From: Candidatus Moraniibacteriota bacterium
GTDB lineage: Bacteria; Patescibacteriota; Minisyncoccia; Moranbacterales; GWC2-37-73
DNA: 64,000 nt
Direction: 5' to 3'
Assembly: GCA_013336225.1 (NCBI GenBank)
Contig: JAAXUC010000001.1
Coordinates: 99,949 to 163,948, forward strand
Shown: piece by piece, positions 20,479 to 32,063 of the stretch
How positions within the stretch are numbered: the first letter of the stretch is position 1
Layout: each line of letters opens with the position of its first letter
The notes under the pieces: generated by a model
The model's input: the letters and a program-made list of their open reading frames with translations, nothing else
Database searches by the model: none
Told to the model about the DNA's origin: nothing
Position numbers and translations under genes: made by a program

Positions 20479-20693
20479 ATTGAAGAATATAAATTTTTTT
20501 TTGCGAAATTAAACTCGAGCACTATATTTTTTAACTTCACCCTTCGGGTATATGTTATCCGGACAAAATCATAGATTTTGAAGGATAACTAAAATTTTTC
20601 GTGGTCACGCGAGCCCCGCGCAAGAAACAAAAAATTTTAGAAAAAATATAGGCTCTCAAACAGTAATTTCTTAAAAAAACTATATTCTTCAAT
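20479..20693. repeat. About 215-bp branched palindrome between rpsR and efp
   Basis: Outer arms attgaagaatata/tatattcttcaat; nested hairpins acccttcgggt, gttatcc..ggataac, taaaattttt..aaaaatttta. Confidence 0.75.
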
Positions 20694-20717
20694 TTTGTTT
20701 AGTTGACACGAAGTGGT

Positions 20718-20924
20718 CTACTTAACAACGAAAGGTGCAAGTGCCATCACGCGAGCTCGCTTAATTGCTTGAGAAAGTGTTCGTTGATGCTTTGTGCAAA
20801 TTCCATGTCTCTTTGGTGGGTAGATTTTTCCTTGTGAGTTCATAAATCTGCGAATAAGATAAGCATCTTTGTAGTCGATCTTATCCATTTTTTCATCACA
20901 GAAATAACATTGTTTTCGTTCCAT
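20718..20924 (-). CDS. rpsR: 30S ribosomal protein S18 (Zn-binding type)
   Basis: CYFC, IDYKD, KHQR.L..AIKRAR. Confidence 0.97.
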   Translation of the reverse strand: MERKQCYFCDEKMDKIDYKDAYLIRRFMNSQGKIYPPKRHGICTKHQRTLSQAIKRARVMALAPFVVK

Positions 20925-20962
20925 ATTGAATATAAATTGGTTATTATTTACGGTTGCGTTAA

Positions 20963-21463
20963 TTAGAATGGCACATCCTCAAGGCGAACTTCGTCTTGTT
21001 CTTCATCGAGGTTGATGGTTGGAATTTCTTCCATTGGTGCTTGTTGTTGTGGCATTGGTCGGGAAGCAGGAGCTGCGCCCATGGCCATCGGTGCTGGACG
21101 GTTGAAATTGCTGTTTGAATTTGAAGAAGCACCTTGTGCGCGTGAACCCATTTGCATGTTTTCAGCCACGATGTCGGTGGTTTTTCTTTCAACACCATCT
21201 TTGCCAGTGTATGAACGTGTTTCAAGTCTTCCTTCAAAATATGCTTCTTGTCCTTTGGTCAAATATTGTCCAGCAATTTCTGCAAGACGTCCCCAGATCA
21301 CAATGTTGTGAAATTCAGATTTTTCTTGCTTTTGACCAGCTTTGTCATTCCAAGTTCTATTGGTTGCGATTCCAATGGTTGCCACAGTTTGTCCTGATGG
21401 AGTTGTGCGGATTTCAGGATCGCGAGTCAGTCTTCCAATGAGTTGAACTTTGTTAAGATTCAT
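20963..21463 (-). CDS. ssb: Single-stranded DNA-binding protein
   Basis: NKVQLIGRLTRDPE, C-terminal EDVPF. Confidence 0.98.
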   Translation of the reverse strand: MNLNKVQLIGRLTRDPEIRTTPSGQTVATIGIATNRTWNDKAGQKQEKSEFHNIVIWGRLAEIAGQYLTKGQEAYFEGRLETRSYTGKDGVERKTTDIVAENMQMGSRAQGASSNSNSNFNRPAPMAMGAAPASRPMPQQQAPMEEIPTINLDEEQDEVRLEDVPF

Positions 21464-21533
21464 ATTTTTGTTTTGATGCTAAGCCGCGCTACAAGGGCAC
21501 TAGTTTAGCATCGTGAAAATAAATTAAGAAACT

Positions 21534-22094
21534 TTAGATGTTCAAGAGTTCATCAAGTTGCTTGTCGATATTTTTGGATTCTTCTTTGGTTGTTTCAACT
21601 TTTTTAACCACTGGAGCTGCTGCTGCAGGAGCAGTTGGTCGTTGGGTTGGTCGTTGCATCGGACGTGAATTATTGTCGCGTCTTTCAGTTCTTTGTTGTG
21701 GTCGTGGTGCTGGGCGTCCATTGTTGTTGGCTGTTTCCTTGGCTTTTCTTCGATCTTTTGCTCCAAGGTCTGGAAGATCTGGAGTTTTCACAATCATGAA
21801 ACGAAGAACATCATTGTTCAAGTTCAATTTGTTTGTGATAGCTGCGATTCCAAATTCTTTTTCTCCGTTTGCTTCGTCAGCCCAAAAATCAATTTCAGGA
21901 AGTTCAAAACGACGGGTGATGTAGGTTCCTTTGTTTTGGTGCTTGATTTCATAAGCGAGTTTTCTTTTTTCGCTCAATTCTTCTCCAACCATGGTTGCTT
22001 GCTCAAGAGCAAGGATTGCGTTTACTCCTTCTTTAATAGCAGGGAGAGTTGCTTCTTGTCGTTCTCCAACAAGGTAAAACAGTTCGTATTGCAT
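21534..22094 (-). CDS. rpsF: 30S ribosomal protein S6 with long C-terminal extension
   Basis: YEL, RKLAYEIK, VLRFMIVK; rpsF-ssb-rpsR synteny. Confidence 0.92.
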   Translation of the reverse strand: MQYELFYLVGERQEATLPAIKEGVNAILALEQATMVGEELSEKRKLAYEIKHQNKGTYITRRFELPEIDFWADEANGEKEFGIAAITNKLNLNNDVLRFMIVKTPDLPDLGAKDRRKAKETANNNGRPAPRPQQRTERRDNNSRPMQRPTQRPTAPAAAAPVVKKVETTKEESKNIDKQLDELLNI

Positions 22095-22480
22095 ACTGTA
22101 ATGTGATGCGAATCAACGAATGAAACGCGAATCCACGAATTGCGAATAGACCAAAATAGTACTTATTCGTGATTTGCGGATTGGCATCTATTAGCGGATC
22201 AGCATCGCTTATAAATTAAAAAATCCACCAAACAAGAAAATCCTTGCTTTTAGTGGAGCATTCCAGCCTATCCACTTTTGGCTTAGTGGCGGGCTAGATT
22301 AGGACTTTCTTAGTTGTAGACCAATTATAGCAGGTTTTGGGGATTTGGCAAGGGTTGACATCACCAGAAGAAGTGTTAATATTTATTGTCATTGTTCTTA
22401 TAAAATTTAATGTTTTTATTGGCAGGCGTGATGTCTGCTATCAACAAATGGCGTGAAGCCATTAAAAAGGAGATAATACC

Positions 22481-23110
22481 ATGAAAACACAGGCAGATTT
22501 GAGAAGTGATTTTGTTATGCCAAGAGCAAAAATCAATGGTTTTTTCGATGAATTCCCGTGGTTGCAAAATTTTTATCGTCAATATCAATCAGATCAACAT
22601 AAATTTAATGGGCTTATTGATCAGATTTATGTGTCTGGTGTGGAGCCAGCATTGCTTGAGCAAAGACCTGAATTGCTTGGCTATGACGAGGACGATGATT
22701 ATCTTTGTTGCGAAAAAATTTGGTTACTGGATAAGTTTGGAAGCGTTGTAGCTTTTAAAACTTGGGATCTGGTGTGTGAAAAAAGATTTATCTGGTTTGG
22801 CAAGAAATTTTATCGAAATGTTGATGTTTTGCAAGAGGGTTTGGTTGAGCCAAATGAGTGCGTCAATGATGCTCTTCATAGGCTGCGCGATAGTGCAAAT
22901 GAAGTCTATTTTATTTTGTCATATTTCGATGTAAATAAAGCAGTTATTATTTATAGGCCGCCAAAAGAAATGTCAATAATGAAAGTAATTAAGTATAAGC
23001 GCAAATTGAACCTTGAAAATGCTCGCTTGGAAATTCGAGCTGAGTGCAATGCTATAGATGCTGAATTTATTTCTTCAATGGGTTTTCCTGAGGATTTATT
23101 GACCTATTGA
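22481..23110 (+). CDS. Hypothetical orphan protein
   Basis: 209-aa ORF with TTGACA promoter (22355) and AAGGAG SD. Confidence 0.7.
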   Translation: MKTQADLRSDFVMPRAKINGFFDEFPWLQNFYRQYQSDQHKFNGLIDQIYVSGVEPALLEQRPELLGYDEDDDYLCCEKIWLLDKFGSVVAFKTWDLVCEKRFIWFGKKFYRNVDVLQEGLVEPNECVNDALHRLRDSANEVYFILSYFDVNKAVIIYRPPKEMSIMKVIKYKRKLNLENARLEIRAECNAIDAEFISSMGFPEDLLTY

Positions 23111-23215
23111 TTTTGGTCGTACTATTTTTTGGCGGAGATTTTCTGATAATATCAGATGCTCCGCCTTTTTATTTTTTCTAGACATTTTTATAATAAAATT
23201 GTAGTATTAATCATT

Positions 23216-25174
23216 ATGAAATTTGAAATCAATTCAAAATATAAACCAGCGGGTGATCAACCTCAAGCAATTGAGGCGCTTATCTATGGGTTGGAACATC
23301 GGGAGAAATTTCAAACTTTGCTGGGTGTGACCGGATCGGGAAAAACTTTCACCATGGCCAATGTGATTGAGCACGTGCAAAAGCCAACTTTGGTGATTGC
23401 GCCAAACAAAACTTTGGCGGCGCAGTTGGTACAAGAGTTTCGAACTTTTTTTCCGAAAAATTCGGTGGAATATTTTGTTTCATATTATGACTATTATCAG
23501 CCAGAAGCTTACATTTCTTCGTCTGATACATATATTGAAAAGGAAGTGCAGATCAATGAGGAGATTGATCGATTGCGTCATGCGGCCACCAGTGGACTGC
23601 TGTCGCGGCGCGATGTGATCATTGTAGCTTCAGTTTCTTGCATCTATGGTTTGGGTTCTCCGGATTATTATCGCGAAGGAACTGCTGAGGTGATTGTGGG
23701 TGAAAAGAAGAATCGCGAAGAGTTGATGAAAGGCATGGTGGACATGCAATATCAGCGCAGCGATGTTTTGGCCCGCGGAAAATTTCGAGTGACGGGCGAC
23801 ACGATTGAGGTGATGACACCGAGCAGGGAAATTGTAACGCGCATTGAACTTGAATATGGAATCGTAAAAAGAATTTATGAATACGATTTTCTGACTGGCG
23901 AAAAATTGGGCGAGCTGGAAAAGACACTCATTTTTCCAGCCAAGCATTTCGTGGTGCCGGAGGAGATCATGCAGGGAGCTTTGAGTGAAATTGAAAAAGA
24001 GGCAGCAGAGCGAGTGAAATATTTCAGGGATAATAATAAGTTGTTGGAGGCGGAAAGAATCGAAAGACGCACTAGGCAAGATTTGGAGATGATGCGCGAA
24101 GTGGGATATTGCAATGGAATTGAAAATTATTCTCGCTATTTGACTGAGCGCGAAGCTGGCGAGCCACCGTACACTTTGGTGGATTATTTCCCGAAAGATT
24201 TCTTGATGATCATCGATGAATCGCATGTGACGATTCCGCAATTGAATGCGATGTATGCCGGAGACCGTTCGCGCAAGAATGCGCTGATTGATAATGGTTT
24301 TCGTTTGCCGAGCGCCTATGACAACAGACCACTGCGATTCCCTGAATTTGAAGAGCGAATCAATCAATTGATTTTCACCACCGCCACCCCGGCTGCCTAT
24401 GAAAAAGAACATTCAAGCTCGGTGGCGCAGCAGATCATTAGGCCAACTGGCTTGCTTGATCCTGAAATTATTATCAAATCCGCCAAGGGCCAAGTGAAAG
24501 ATGTGCTCAGCGAAATTGAAAAAGTTGTGGCCAAAAAAGAGCGAGTGCTGATCACTGCACTGACGAAAAAAATGGCAGAAGATTTGTCAGAATTTTTGAA
24601 AGAACATGGAATACGCTGCGAATATCTGCATTCCGATGTGGACACGCTTGATCGCGTGCTCATTTTGCAGGGACTGCGCAAAGGTGATTTTGATGTGTTG
24701 GTGGGCGTGAATCTACTCCGCGAAGGTTTGGATTTGCCGGAAGTTTCTTTGGTGACAATTTTGGATGCTGATAAAGAAGGCTTTTTGCGCAGTGAAACTT
24801 CGCTCATTCAAACAATTGGACGTGCCGCTCGAAACATCAATGGTCGCGTGATTTTGTATGCCGATAACATCACCGGTTCAATGAAAAGAGCGATTGATGA
24901 AACGAATCGCAGACGAACTCTGCAAGCTGCATATAACAAGAAGCATCATATTACGCCAAAGACGATTGAGAAAAATATTAAATCAATTGTGGATCATGAA
25001 ATTAATCCTGAAGTTCCATTGGATTTTTCCAAATTGGAATCATTGGAAGACATTGCTGGATATATTAAGCAAAAAGAAAAAGAGATGAAAAATGCGGCAC
25101 GCTCAATGGAATTTGAAAAAGCCGCCCTCATTCGCGATGAGATTTCCACGCTGCGGAAATTGCAGCTCAGGTGA
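23216..25174 (+). CDS. uvrB: Excinuclease ABC subunit B; start moved from 23156 to ATG 23216
   Basis: [18 protein letters not shown] beta-hairpin, DESH, C-terminal UVR domain. Confidence 0.98.
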   Translation: MKFEINSKYKPAGDQPQAIEALIYGLEHREKFQTLLGVTGSGKTFTMANVIEHVQKPTLVIAPNKTLAAQLVQEFRTFFPKNSVEYFVSYYDYYQPEAYISSSDTYIEKEVQINEEIDRLRHAATSGLLSRRDVIIVASVSCIYGLGSPDYYREGTAEVIVGEKKNREELMKGMVDMQYQRSDVLARGKFRVTGDTIEVMTPSREIVTRIELEYGIVKRIYEYDFLTGEKLGELEKTLIFPAKHFVVPEEIMQGALSEIEKEAAERVKYFRDNNKLLEAERIERRTRQDLEMMREVGYCNGIENYSRYLTEREAGEPPYTLVDYFPKDFLMIIDESHVTIPQLNAMYAGDRSRKNALIDNGFRLPSAYDNRPLRFPEFEERINQLIFTTATPAAYEKEHSSSVAQQIIRPTGLLDPEIIIKSAKGQVKDVLSEIEKVVAKKERVLITALTKKMAEDLSEFLKEHGIRCEYLHSDVDTLDRVLILQGLRKGDFDVLVGVNLLREGLDLPEVSLVTILDADKEGFLRSETSLIQTIGRAARNINGRVILYADNITGSMKRAIDETNRRRTLQAAYNKKHHITPKTIEKNIKSIVDHEINPEVPLDFSKLESLEDIAGYIKQKEKEMKNAARSMEFEKAALIRDEISTLRKLQLR

Positions 25175-25442
25175 TGCTGTTGTTTGTGTTATCTTTTTTA
25201 TTCTGGATCCCGGATCAAGTCCGGGACGACATTGCTATGTCGATTTCTTAACGCTCATCACTTACATTTTACCTACGCACTTCGCAATGTGTTCATAAAA
25301 TCCAAAACCCCATTGTATTTTGTATATTGCATTTTGTATGTTGAAGCTAGCCTTGTGCATTTTCAAATAACCCTGTAAAATAGGGCAAGTGTCAGAAAAG
25401 ACATTCTTTTACTAACAAATTAAGTATTAATATAAATATCCT

Positions 25443-26564
25443 ATGGAAAACATGGAGAAAACAGAAGAAAAAGAAATTGTGGAAAATGAAACCGATGTGA
25501 TTGAAGAAAAAACTGAGAAAGCAAAAAGCTCAGCAATGATCGCAGTAGGCAAAGCATTGGAATGTGTCAAGGGAAAAGTTAAATGTCTGAAAGACGGTAC
25601 ATGCAAATGTGATAATAAAAAATGGATTATCTTAGTAGTTGCTATCTTGGTTATTGCTATTAGTGCAAGCTATGGATACAAAGTGTATCGACAAAAAGTT
25701 GATGTTGGATCAGAGGCTGTTAAAGCAAAAGTTGAAAAATTCTTGAGCGAAAATGTGCCACCAACTGCCAAGACTGAAATTAAAGACATCACTGAAGATG
25801 GAAGTTTGTATAAACTTACGGTCGTTGTTGATAAGCAAGAAATTCCAGTATTTGTGACACGCGATGGAAAGAAGCTTATGCAAGCGCAAACAGTGATGGA
25901 ATTGGATAAGGCTCCTGCGGATCCTGCTCAACAAGCACAAGCTCCAGAGGAACAGAAGGAAATTCCAAAAACTGATAAGCCAACAGTTGATTTGTATGTC
26001 ATGTCATTTTGCCCGTATGGAAACAAAGCAGAGGATACCTTGAAGCCAGTGTATGATCTGTTGAAAAATAAAGTTAATTTTAACTTTCATTACATTGTAA
26101 GTACTAGTGGTAGCGATATCAAGTCACTTCATGGACCTAAGGAAGTTACTGAAAATGAAAAAGAAGCTTGCGTGCTGAAAACATATGGCAAGGACAAGTG
26201 GATGGCTATTGTGACATATGTGAACACGAACTGTGGAAGTGATGGTGCTTGCTTCGAGGTTGGTGCAAAAACATTGGCAATCGATCCTGTAAAAGTTAAT
26301 AATTGTGTTACTGCGCAAGGTCTTACTTTGATGCAACAAAATGAGAAAGATTCAAATGCAGCAAACGCAACCGGTTCACCAACGATGACAATTAATGGAG
26401 TTTCAAGTAATGCTGTGTATAAATATGACAATGCTGAGGCTTATAAGCAAGCAATTTGCTCAGGATTTAAAACAGCACCGAAGGAATGTCAAACAACTCT
26501 TACTGATAAGACCGCTACTGGAGAAGCAACGCCAGCCGGTGCTTGCACAACACCTCAACAGTAA
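25443..26564 (+). CDS. Membrane-anchored thioredoxin-fold (DsbA/GILT-like) protein
   Basis: TM helix, VMSFCPYG active site, SLHG..E, GSPTMTING cis-Pro motif. Confidence 0.78.
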   Translation: MENMEKTEEKEIVENETDVIEEKTEKAKSSAMIAVGKALECVKGKVKCLKDGTCKCDNKKWIILVVAILVIAISASYGYKVYRQKVDVGSEAVKAKVEKFLSENVPPTAKTEIKDITEDGSLYKLTVVVDKQEIPVFVTRDGKKLMQAQTVMELDKAPADPAQQAQAPEEQKEIPKTDKPTVDLYVMSFCPYGNKAEDTLKPVYDLLKNKVNFNFHYIVSTSGSDIKSLHGPKEVTENEKEACVLKTYGKDKWMAIVTYVNTNCGSDGACFEVGAKTLAIDPVKVNNCVTAQGLTLMQQNEKDSNAANATGSPTMTINGVSSNAVYKYDNAEAYKQAICSGFKTAPKECQTTLTDKTATGEATPAGACTTPQQ

Positions 26565-26583
26565 AAATAGATTTTAAATATTT

Positions 26584-26614
26584 AAAAGAGGGGCAATTGA
26601 GCCCCTCTTTTTTT
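26584..26614 (+). terminator. Intrinsic terminator
   Basis: aagagggg-caattgag-cccctc-tttttt. Confidence 0.8.
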
Positions 26615-26686
26615 AATGATTAATAATATGAAAGTGTTTTATTTTGATCATGTTTAATATGCGGTTCTGGGAATAGAAGAAAACCG

Positions 26687-26800
26687 TTTTTGTTTCACCT
26701 GTTTTCTCTCGAGAGCACATTCGCAGCCGAAATTCATGGATGCTCACTCGGACCCCACTGTCGTTCGCTACGGCTTCAAGAGAAAACAGGCTCACAAAAA
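26687..26800 (+). mobile_element. About 115-bp MITE-like palindromic element, copy 1 of 4
   Basis: Arms tttttgtttcacctgttttctct.../...agagaaaacagg..acaaaaa around a conserved core gagcac..tcgcagccgaaat..gctcactcggac..cgctacggcttcaag. Confidence 0.8.
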
Positions 26801-26947
26801 CTATATGTCGAGTATGATCTTATTGGTTGATAAAAATCGGAATGTGTTATATCGTGGATGGAAAGTAATATGATAGTTTGACGTAGTAACTTAAGTACCT
26901 CAAAAGGGGAAGCTTTTTGCGTTTATGAATAAATAATTGAAATTTTT

Positions 26948-29848
26948 ATGGAAAATAATAGGATAATCATCAAAGGTGCGCGAGAGCACAATTTGAAAAA
27001 TATTGATCTAGAGTTGCCCCGAGACAAATTTATTGTCTTTACGGGTCTTTCAGGCTCTGGAAAATCAACTTTGGCGTTTGATACGATTTTTGCCGAAGGG
27101 CAAAGGAGATATTTGGAAAGTTTGTCGAGTTATGCGCGGCAGTTTTTGGGGCAAATGGACAAGCCTGATGTTGACTATATTGAAGGACTTTCACCAGCCA
27201 TTTCGATTGACCAAAAATCAACTTCGCACAATCCGCGCTCAACAGTTGGAACAGTGACGGAGGTGCATGATTATTTGCGACTGCTGTATGCGAAAATTGG
27301 AATTCCTCATTGCAGTGTTTGCAATCGTGAAATTTCCAAGCTTTCCACGGATGAAATTGTGGATAGGATTTTGGAGATGGGAGAAAAAAACAAATCGCAA
27401 GCAATTGAGATTTCTTCGCCGATTGTCAGGGAAAGAAAAGGGGAATATTTAGCACTGCTGGATGAAATGTGGAAGAAGGGATTTTCTGAGGCGCTGGTGA
27501 ATGGAAAACTTATTCGCCTGGAAGATTTTAAGGAAATAAAATTGGAGCGTTACAAAAAGCATAGTATCGATATTATTGTTGATAAAATTGAGGTTAATGA
27601 AGAAAATCTTTCTAGAATTTTTGAAGGAGTGGAGAAAGCGCTGCGACTTTCAAAGGGGATTGTGAAAGTGAAATGCGTGCAAGAAGCTAAGGGTCAAAAG
27701 CTAAAAGCTAAAAGCTCAGACTCATTTGAGGTTGAGCAGATTTTCAATCAGAATTTGTCATGTCCGATTCATGATGTGGAATTTCCTGAAATGGAGCCGC
27801 GACTTTTTTCTTTCAATTCTCCCTATGGCGCTTGCGAAGCTTGTGAAGGCTTGGGGCTTAAAAAGGAAATTGATCCTTTGCGCGTGATGCCAGACTTAAA
27901 CAAAACCATTGGCGAGGGAGGTATCATGCCATGGAGCTTCAAACCGAACAATTATCAAGGCACAGTGCTGAAAGCGGTGGCCGCATATTATAATATTCAA
28001 GACAACAAGCGCCTGCGAGATCTGTCGAAAGATAAGCTGGATATTTTGATGTATGGCACAGAGGATGAGGATTTAATCAAGGTTTCATATCATTTCAAAA
28101 GCGGTAGTGGGCATTATAATGTGCGCTGGAAAGGCGTGGTGGCATGGCTACAGGAAAGATATCGCACCACAACTTCAGATGCTGTGCGCACGGATATTGA
28201 AAAATATATGTCGCAAAAACCTTGCTCTGCTTGCAAAGGTAGTCGCTATAAGAGTGATGTGCTTTTGGTGAGCGTGGGCGAAAAGAATATCTATGAAATT
28301 TCGACGCTGAGTATTTGGCAAGGCATTGATTTTTTCAAGAATTTGAAATTGACACATCGCGAGGATTTGATTGCGGGCAGGATTTTAAAGGAAATCATTG
28401 CGCGCATGGTTTTTTTGAACAATGTTGGTTTGGATTATCTGACTTTGGGCAGAGCAGCTTATTCTCTTTCAGGCGGAGAATCGCAACGCATTCGCTTGGC
28501 TTCGCAAATCGGATCGCAATTGGTGGGCGTGCTGTATATCTTAGATGAACCATCCATTGGACTTCATGCGCGTGATAATGCCAAACTCATTGAAACCCTT
28601 AAGCATCTGCAAAAGATCGGGAACACTTTGATCGTGATCGAGCATGATGAAGAGATGATGCGCGCTGCTGATTGGTTGGTGGATATTGGACCAGGAGCAG
28701 GCAAACATGGCGGCGAAGTGGTGGCTGAAGGCTGTCCTGAGGATGTGATCAATAACCCAAAATCGCTGACTGGAAAATATTTGCGTCATGAACTGGAAAT
28801 TGAGGTTCCAAATTTTCGTAGGCAAATAAAAAGAAAAAGAAGCATCACAGTGCGTGGAGCCAGTGAACATAATCTTAAAAATGTGACAGTGGAATTTCCA
28901 CTAAAAGTTTTCACCTGCGTGACTGGAGTTTCTGGCTCTGGAAAATCAACTTTGGTTGAAGAAACTTTGTATAAAGCGTTGGCCAATAAGTTGCATCGCG
29001 CCCTGGATGTGCCAGCCAGGCATAATGAAATTATCGGCATTGAAAATATCAACAAGGTGATCATGATCGATCAATCTCCAATTGGTCGCACGCCGCGCAG
29101 CAATCCTGCAACATACACAGGATTATTCACGCACATCCGAGAACTTTTTGCGCAAACCAAAGATGCCAAAATGCGCGGCTATGGGCCAGGCAGATTTTCA
29201 TTCAATGTGGCAGGTGGGCGCTGTGACAACTGCAGTGGTGAGGGATATCTTAAAATTGAAATGCAATTCATGCCTGATGTGTATTTGCCATGCGATGTTT
29301 GCAAAAGCAAACGTTACAACAGTGAGACACTGCAAGTTAAATATAAAGGAAAAAATATTTCACAGGTATTGGCCATGACAGTTTCAGAAGGAGTTGAATT
29401 TTTTGGAGCATTTTCCAAGATTCATGAACCGCTGAAAGTCTTGGAAGAAGTTGGCCTTGGCTATATTGAGTTGGGACAAAGTGCCACCACTCTTTCTGGC
29501 GGCGAAGCGCAGCGCATCAAGCTCGCCTCTGAGCTTTCAAGGCGCGCCACTGGTGACACTTTATACATCTTGGATGAACCAACCACTGGACTTCATTTTG
29601 ATGACATTAAAAAATTGTTGGTAGTGCTTAATCGCTTGGTTGATGCTGGAAACACAGTGGTGGTGATTGAGCATAATATGGATGTGATAAAAACAGCTGA
29701 TTGGATTATTGATATGGGGCCAGAAGGTGGCGACGGTGGCGGAAAAGTTGTGGTGACTGGCCCACCAGAGGAAATCATTAAATATTATAAAGAAAGTCAC
29801 ACGGCTAAATATTTGCGACAAGTTTTGAAACCGAAAAGCCTAACTTAA
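26948..29848 (+). CDS. uvrA: Excinuclease ABC subunit A
   Basis: Two ABC ATPase sites ([21 protein letters not shown]), [10 protein letters not shown], Zn fingers. Confidence 0.98.
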   Translation: MENNRIIIKGAREHNLKNIDLELPRDKFIVFTGLSGSGKSTLAFDTIFAEGQRRYLESLSSYARQFLGQMDKPDVDYIEGLSPAISIDQKSTSHNPRSTVGTVTEVHDYLRLLYAKIGIPHCSVCNREISKLSTDEIVDRILEMGEKNKSQAIEISSPIVRERKGEYLALLDEMWKKGFSEALVNGKLIRLEDFKEIKLERYKKHSIDIIVDKIEVNEENLSRIFEGVEKALRLSKGIVKVKCVQEAKGQKLKAKSSDSFEVEQIFNQNLSCPIHDVEFPEMEPRLFSFNSPYGACEACEGLGLKKEIDPLRVMPDLNKTIGEGGIMPWSFKPNNYQGTVLKAVAAYYNIQDNKRLRDLSKDKLDILMYGTEDEDLIKVSYHFKSGSGHYNVRWKGVVAWLQERYRTTTSDAVRTDIEKYMSQKPCSACKGSRYKSDVLLVSVGEKNIYEISTLSIWQGIDFFKNLKLTHREDLIAGRILKEIIARMVFLNNVGLDYLTLGRAAYSLSGGESQRIRLASQIGSQLVGVLYILDEPSIGLHARDNAKLIETLKHLQKIGNTLIVIEHDEEMMRAADWLVDIGPGAGKHGGEVVAEGCPEDVINNPKSLTGKYLRHELEIEVPNFRRQIKRKRSITVRGASEHNLKNVTVEFPLKVFTCVTGVSGSGKSTLVEETLYKALANKLHRALDVPARHNEIIGIENINKVIMIDQSPIGRTPRSNPATYTGLFTHIRELFAQTKDAKMRGYGPGRFSFNVAGGRCDNCSGEGYLKIEMQFMPDVYLPCDVCKSKRYNSETLQVKYKGKNISQVLAMTVSEGVEFFGAFSKIHEPLKVLEEVGLGYIELGQSATTLSGGEAQRIKLASELSRRATGDTLYILDEPTTGLHFDDIKKLLVVLNRLVDAGNTVVVIEHNMDVIKTADWIIDMGPEGGDGGGKVVVTGPPEEIIKYYKESHTAKYLRQVLKPKSLT

Positions 29849-29879
29849 AAGTTCCTAAAGTTCAAAAAGAAGAAAAGAA

Positions 29880-29911
29880 AAAAGCCAATACGTTTTTACG
29901 TATTGGCTTTT
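29880..29911. terminator. Bidirectional intrinsic terminator
   Basis: aaaagccaatacg-ttttta-cgtattggctttt. Confidence 0.8.
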
Positions 29912-29926
29912 GTTGGGGCAGCTCGT

Positions 29927-30376
29927 TCAGTTCTTATTTAAAAGAGCTGTTATTTCTGAGCACCTCAAATCCAGTAGAATGTCTGAGAGATGTTCATAGG
30001 CTTCGTTAATAAGTTTGCTTGCAATTAGGATTAATTCAATTTGTGTTTTATTTGCGAGCGTCTTTTTTATTTCCGGCCATTGCTTGATGTGAATGCAAGT
30101 GGATTCAAGTTCTGGATTTCTGACAAGTGCACAACGTTTTCTGACACAATTGCGCACGAGCAGCGCAAAGCTTTTCAAGCGTGTTGGATAGTAGAGGCGA
30201 AAATTGGGATATGACTTTTGAAGGGTCTTTTTTAAATCCCTGATTTGTTCGGTGGCCAAGCTTTCCTTGCAGAGATCAGGCAAATATGTCTCTAGGAATA
30301 GCACGATCTCTTCTAGAAAAAAAATGAGCTGATCTCTTTCAATTGTTGCTACGGACTTGGTTAGAGGTCTCTTCAT
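29927..30376 (-). CDS. Hypothetical helical orphan protein
   Basis: 149 aa; ATGA overlap with the upstream ORF; GGGAGGAG SD. Confidence 0.65.
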   Translation of the reverse strand: MKRPLTKSVATIERDQLIFFLEEIVLFLETYLPDLCKESLATEQIRDLKKTLQKSYPNFRLYYPTRLKSFALLVRNCVRKRCALVRNPELESTCIHIKQWPEIKKTLANKTQIELILIASKLINEAYEHLSDILLDLRCSEITALLNKN

Positions 30377-30699
30377 TGCTTTTCCTCCCTCAATAAGCTA
30401 GTTTGAATTTTTATAAAGCCATTCGTTCTTAATAAATTAAAGAGTTTGTGAAAAAGTTCATAGAACGCATCTGCAGTTGAAATATATCCAGATATATCGA
30501 GACGAGCATATTTCCCAAGAATCGTTAACATTTTTGAGGCTTCTTGCGGCGGATCAATGACTGACGGATCTGAATTTTTAAGCTTTGAAATCATTTCTGA
30601 AAGTTCCCTATGATTAGATCCGCAGGCATGAGGAAGCAATAAGGCTTCTTTGACTTCATTCAGATAGTCTTGAGCTTGCTGGGTTAATGTGAAGTGCAT
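30373..30699 (-). CDS. Hypothetical orphan protein
   Basis: 108 aa; AAAGGAGG SD; consensus TTGACA-17-TATAAT promoter (30795-30767). Confidence 0.7.
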   Translation of the reverse strand: MHFTLTQQAQDYLNEVKEALLLPHACGSNHRELSEMISKLKNSDPSVIDPPQEASKMLTILGKYARLDISGYISTADAFYELFHKLFNLLRTNGFIKIQTSLLREEKQ

Positions 30700-30788
30700 A
30701 TCGCTTCCTCCTTTGCATTTTGGCGCATTCTTATGCTATGTTGTTGTTAAATAGCCATGGTTTATAATTATATTTCCAAATCCCCAGG

Positions 30789-32063
30789 ATGTCAAAAGTA
30801 GCCGAGAAAATCAAGAATTTGCCACTGGCGCCTGGCGTGTATTTTTTTTGTGATTCAAAAGGCAAAATCTTGTATATTGGCAAGGCGACAAACTTAAAAA
30901 CTCGCGTGCAGTCATATTTTCGCAGTGACATTGCGTCCTCGCGAAGTCAGTGGATTGCTCAGATGATTGCGCAAGTGGCAAGCATAGATTTTGAACAAAC
31001 AGACTCAGTTCTTGAGGCTTTGATTTTGGAGAGTAATTTGATCAAGAAACATCAGCCAAAATATAACACCTTGGAAAAGGATGATAAATCTTTTTCATAT
31101 TTCGTAATTACTAAAGAAGATTTTCCAAAATTTTTGATTCTTAGAAAAACCGATATTGATCTTGAAAAGCTAGAAGCTAAAAGTTATAAGCTAAAAGCTA
31201 TCTATGGTCCTTACATTTCCAAGCAGCAGATGCAAACTGCGCTTAAGATTATTCGCAGAATTTTTCCATTTCATAGTGGCAAACAAAAAACTGAAAAAGG
31301 TTGTTTGGATTTTCAAATCAGTCTTTGTCCTGGGCCATATGCTGGGGCAATTTCCAAGATTGATTATAAAAAAAATATTCGTGGGATCGAAATGATTTTG
31401 CAGGGCAAGAAAAAAAGTTTGGTTTCAAAATTGGAAAAAGAGATGTTGTTGCATTCAAAGAAAAACGAATTTGAAAAAGCGGCTATCTTGAGAAATAAGA
31501 TTTTTGCACTTAATCATATTCGCGATGTGGCACTGATGTCGCGAGACTTTGAAGAAAAGTCATTAGTCATCGGTCATCAGTCATTCGGCCTGCGCATTGA
31601 GGCGTATGACATCTCAAACATTTCCGGAGAGCACGCAGTTGGCTCAATGATTGTTTTTGAGAATGGTCAGGCGAATAAAAATCAATATCGAAAATTCAAA
31701 ATTAAAACCGTGGAAGGTTCAAATGATGTGGCAATGATGAAAGAAGTTTTGTCGCGGCGTTTCAATAATGATTGGGCAATGCCAGATTTAATCTTATTGG
31801 ATGGCGGGCTTGGACATTTGAACATGGCAGAGGAATTGTTGCATCAGGAATTGGGATTAGTAGTCGCAATTGTTGGTGTGGCAAAAGGACCAACAAGAAA
31901 GAAGCTTGATCTTAGACGTGATAGCAGGTTGCGAGCAGATATGAATAAACGGATGGAAAATATCTTGGAAAATGAGAATCTCATGAAATCTATCATGGAT
32001 GAAGCGCATCGTTTTGCAATTGGATACCATAGAAAATTGAGAAGTAAGAGCTTCTTGGGATAG
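30789..32063 (+). CDS. uvrC: Excinuclease ABC subunit C, short form
   Basis: GIY-YIG motif (PGVY..YIGKA), UVR domain, RNase H-like YDISNISG/LDGG/DEAHRFA; no C-terminal HhH2. Confidence 0.92.
   Translation: MSKVAEKIKNLPLAPGVYFFCDSKGKILYIGKATNLKTRVQSYFRSDIASSRSQWIAQMIAQVASIDFEQTDSVLEALILESNLIKKHQPKYNTLEKDDKSFSYFVITKEDFPKFLILRKTDIDLEKLEAKSYKLKAIYGPYISKQQMQTALKIIRRIFPFHSGKQKTEKGCLDFQISLCPGPYAGAISKIDYKKNIRGIEMILQGKKKSLVSKLEKEMLLHSKKNEFEKAAILRNKIFALNHIRDVALMSRDFEEKSLVIGHQSFGLRIEAYDISNISGEHAVGSMIVFENGQANKNQYRKFKIKTVEGSNDVAMMKEVLSRRFNNDWAMPDLILLDGGLGHLNMAEELLHQELGLVVAIVGVAKGPTRKKLDLRRDSRLRADMNKRMENILENENLMKSIMDEAHRFAIGYHRKLRSKSFLG

Noticed and set aside
23630..24412. 260-aa antisense ORF and many other shadow ORFs in the track
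   Set aside because: They lie opposite or within well-supported genes and have no motifs or initiation signals.
29927..30699. Toxin-antitoxin pair
   Set aside because: Size and overlap fit, but neither protein has a recognisable toxin or antitoxin motif.
31911..31945. uvrC peptide LRRDSRLRADM as a palindrome-derived insert
   Set aside because: The peptide resembles such inserts, but the DNA shows no palindrome.
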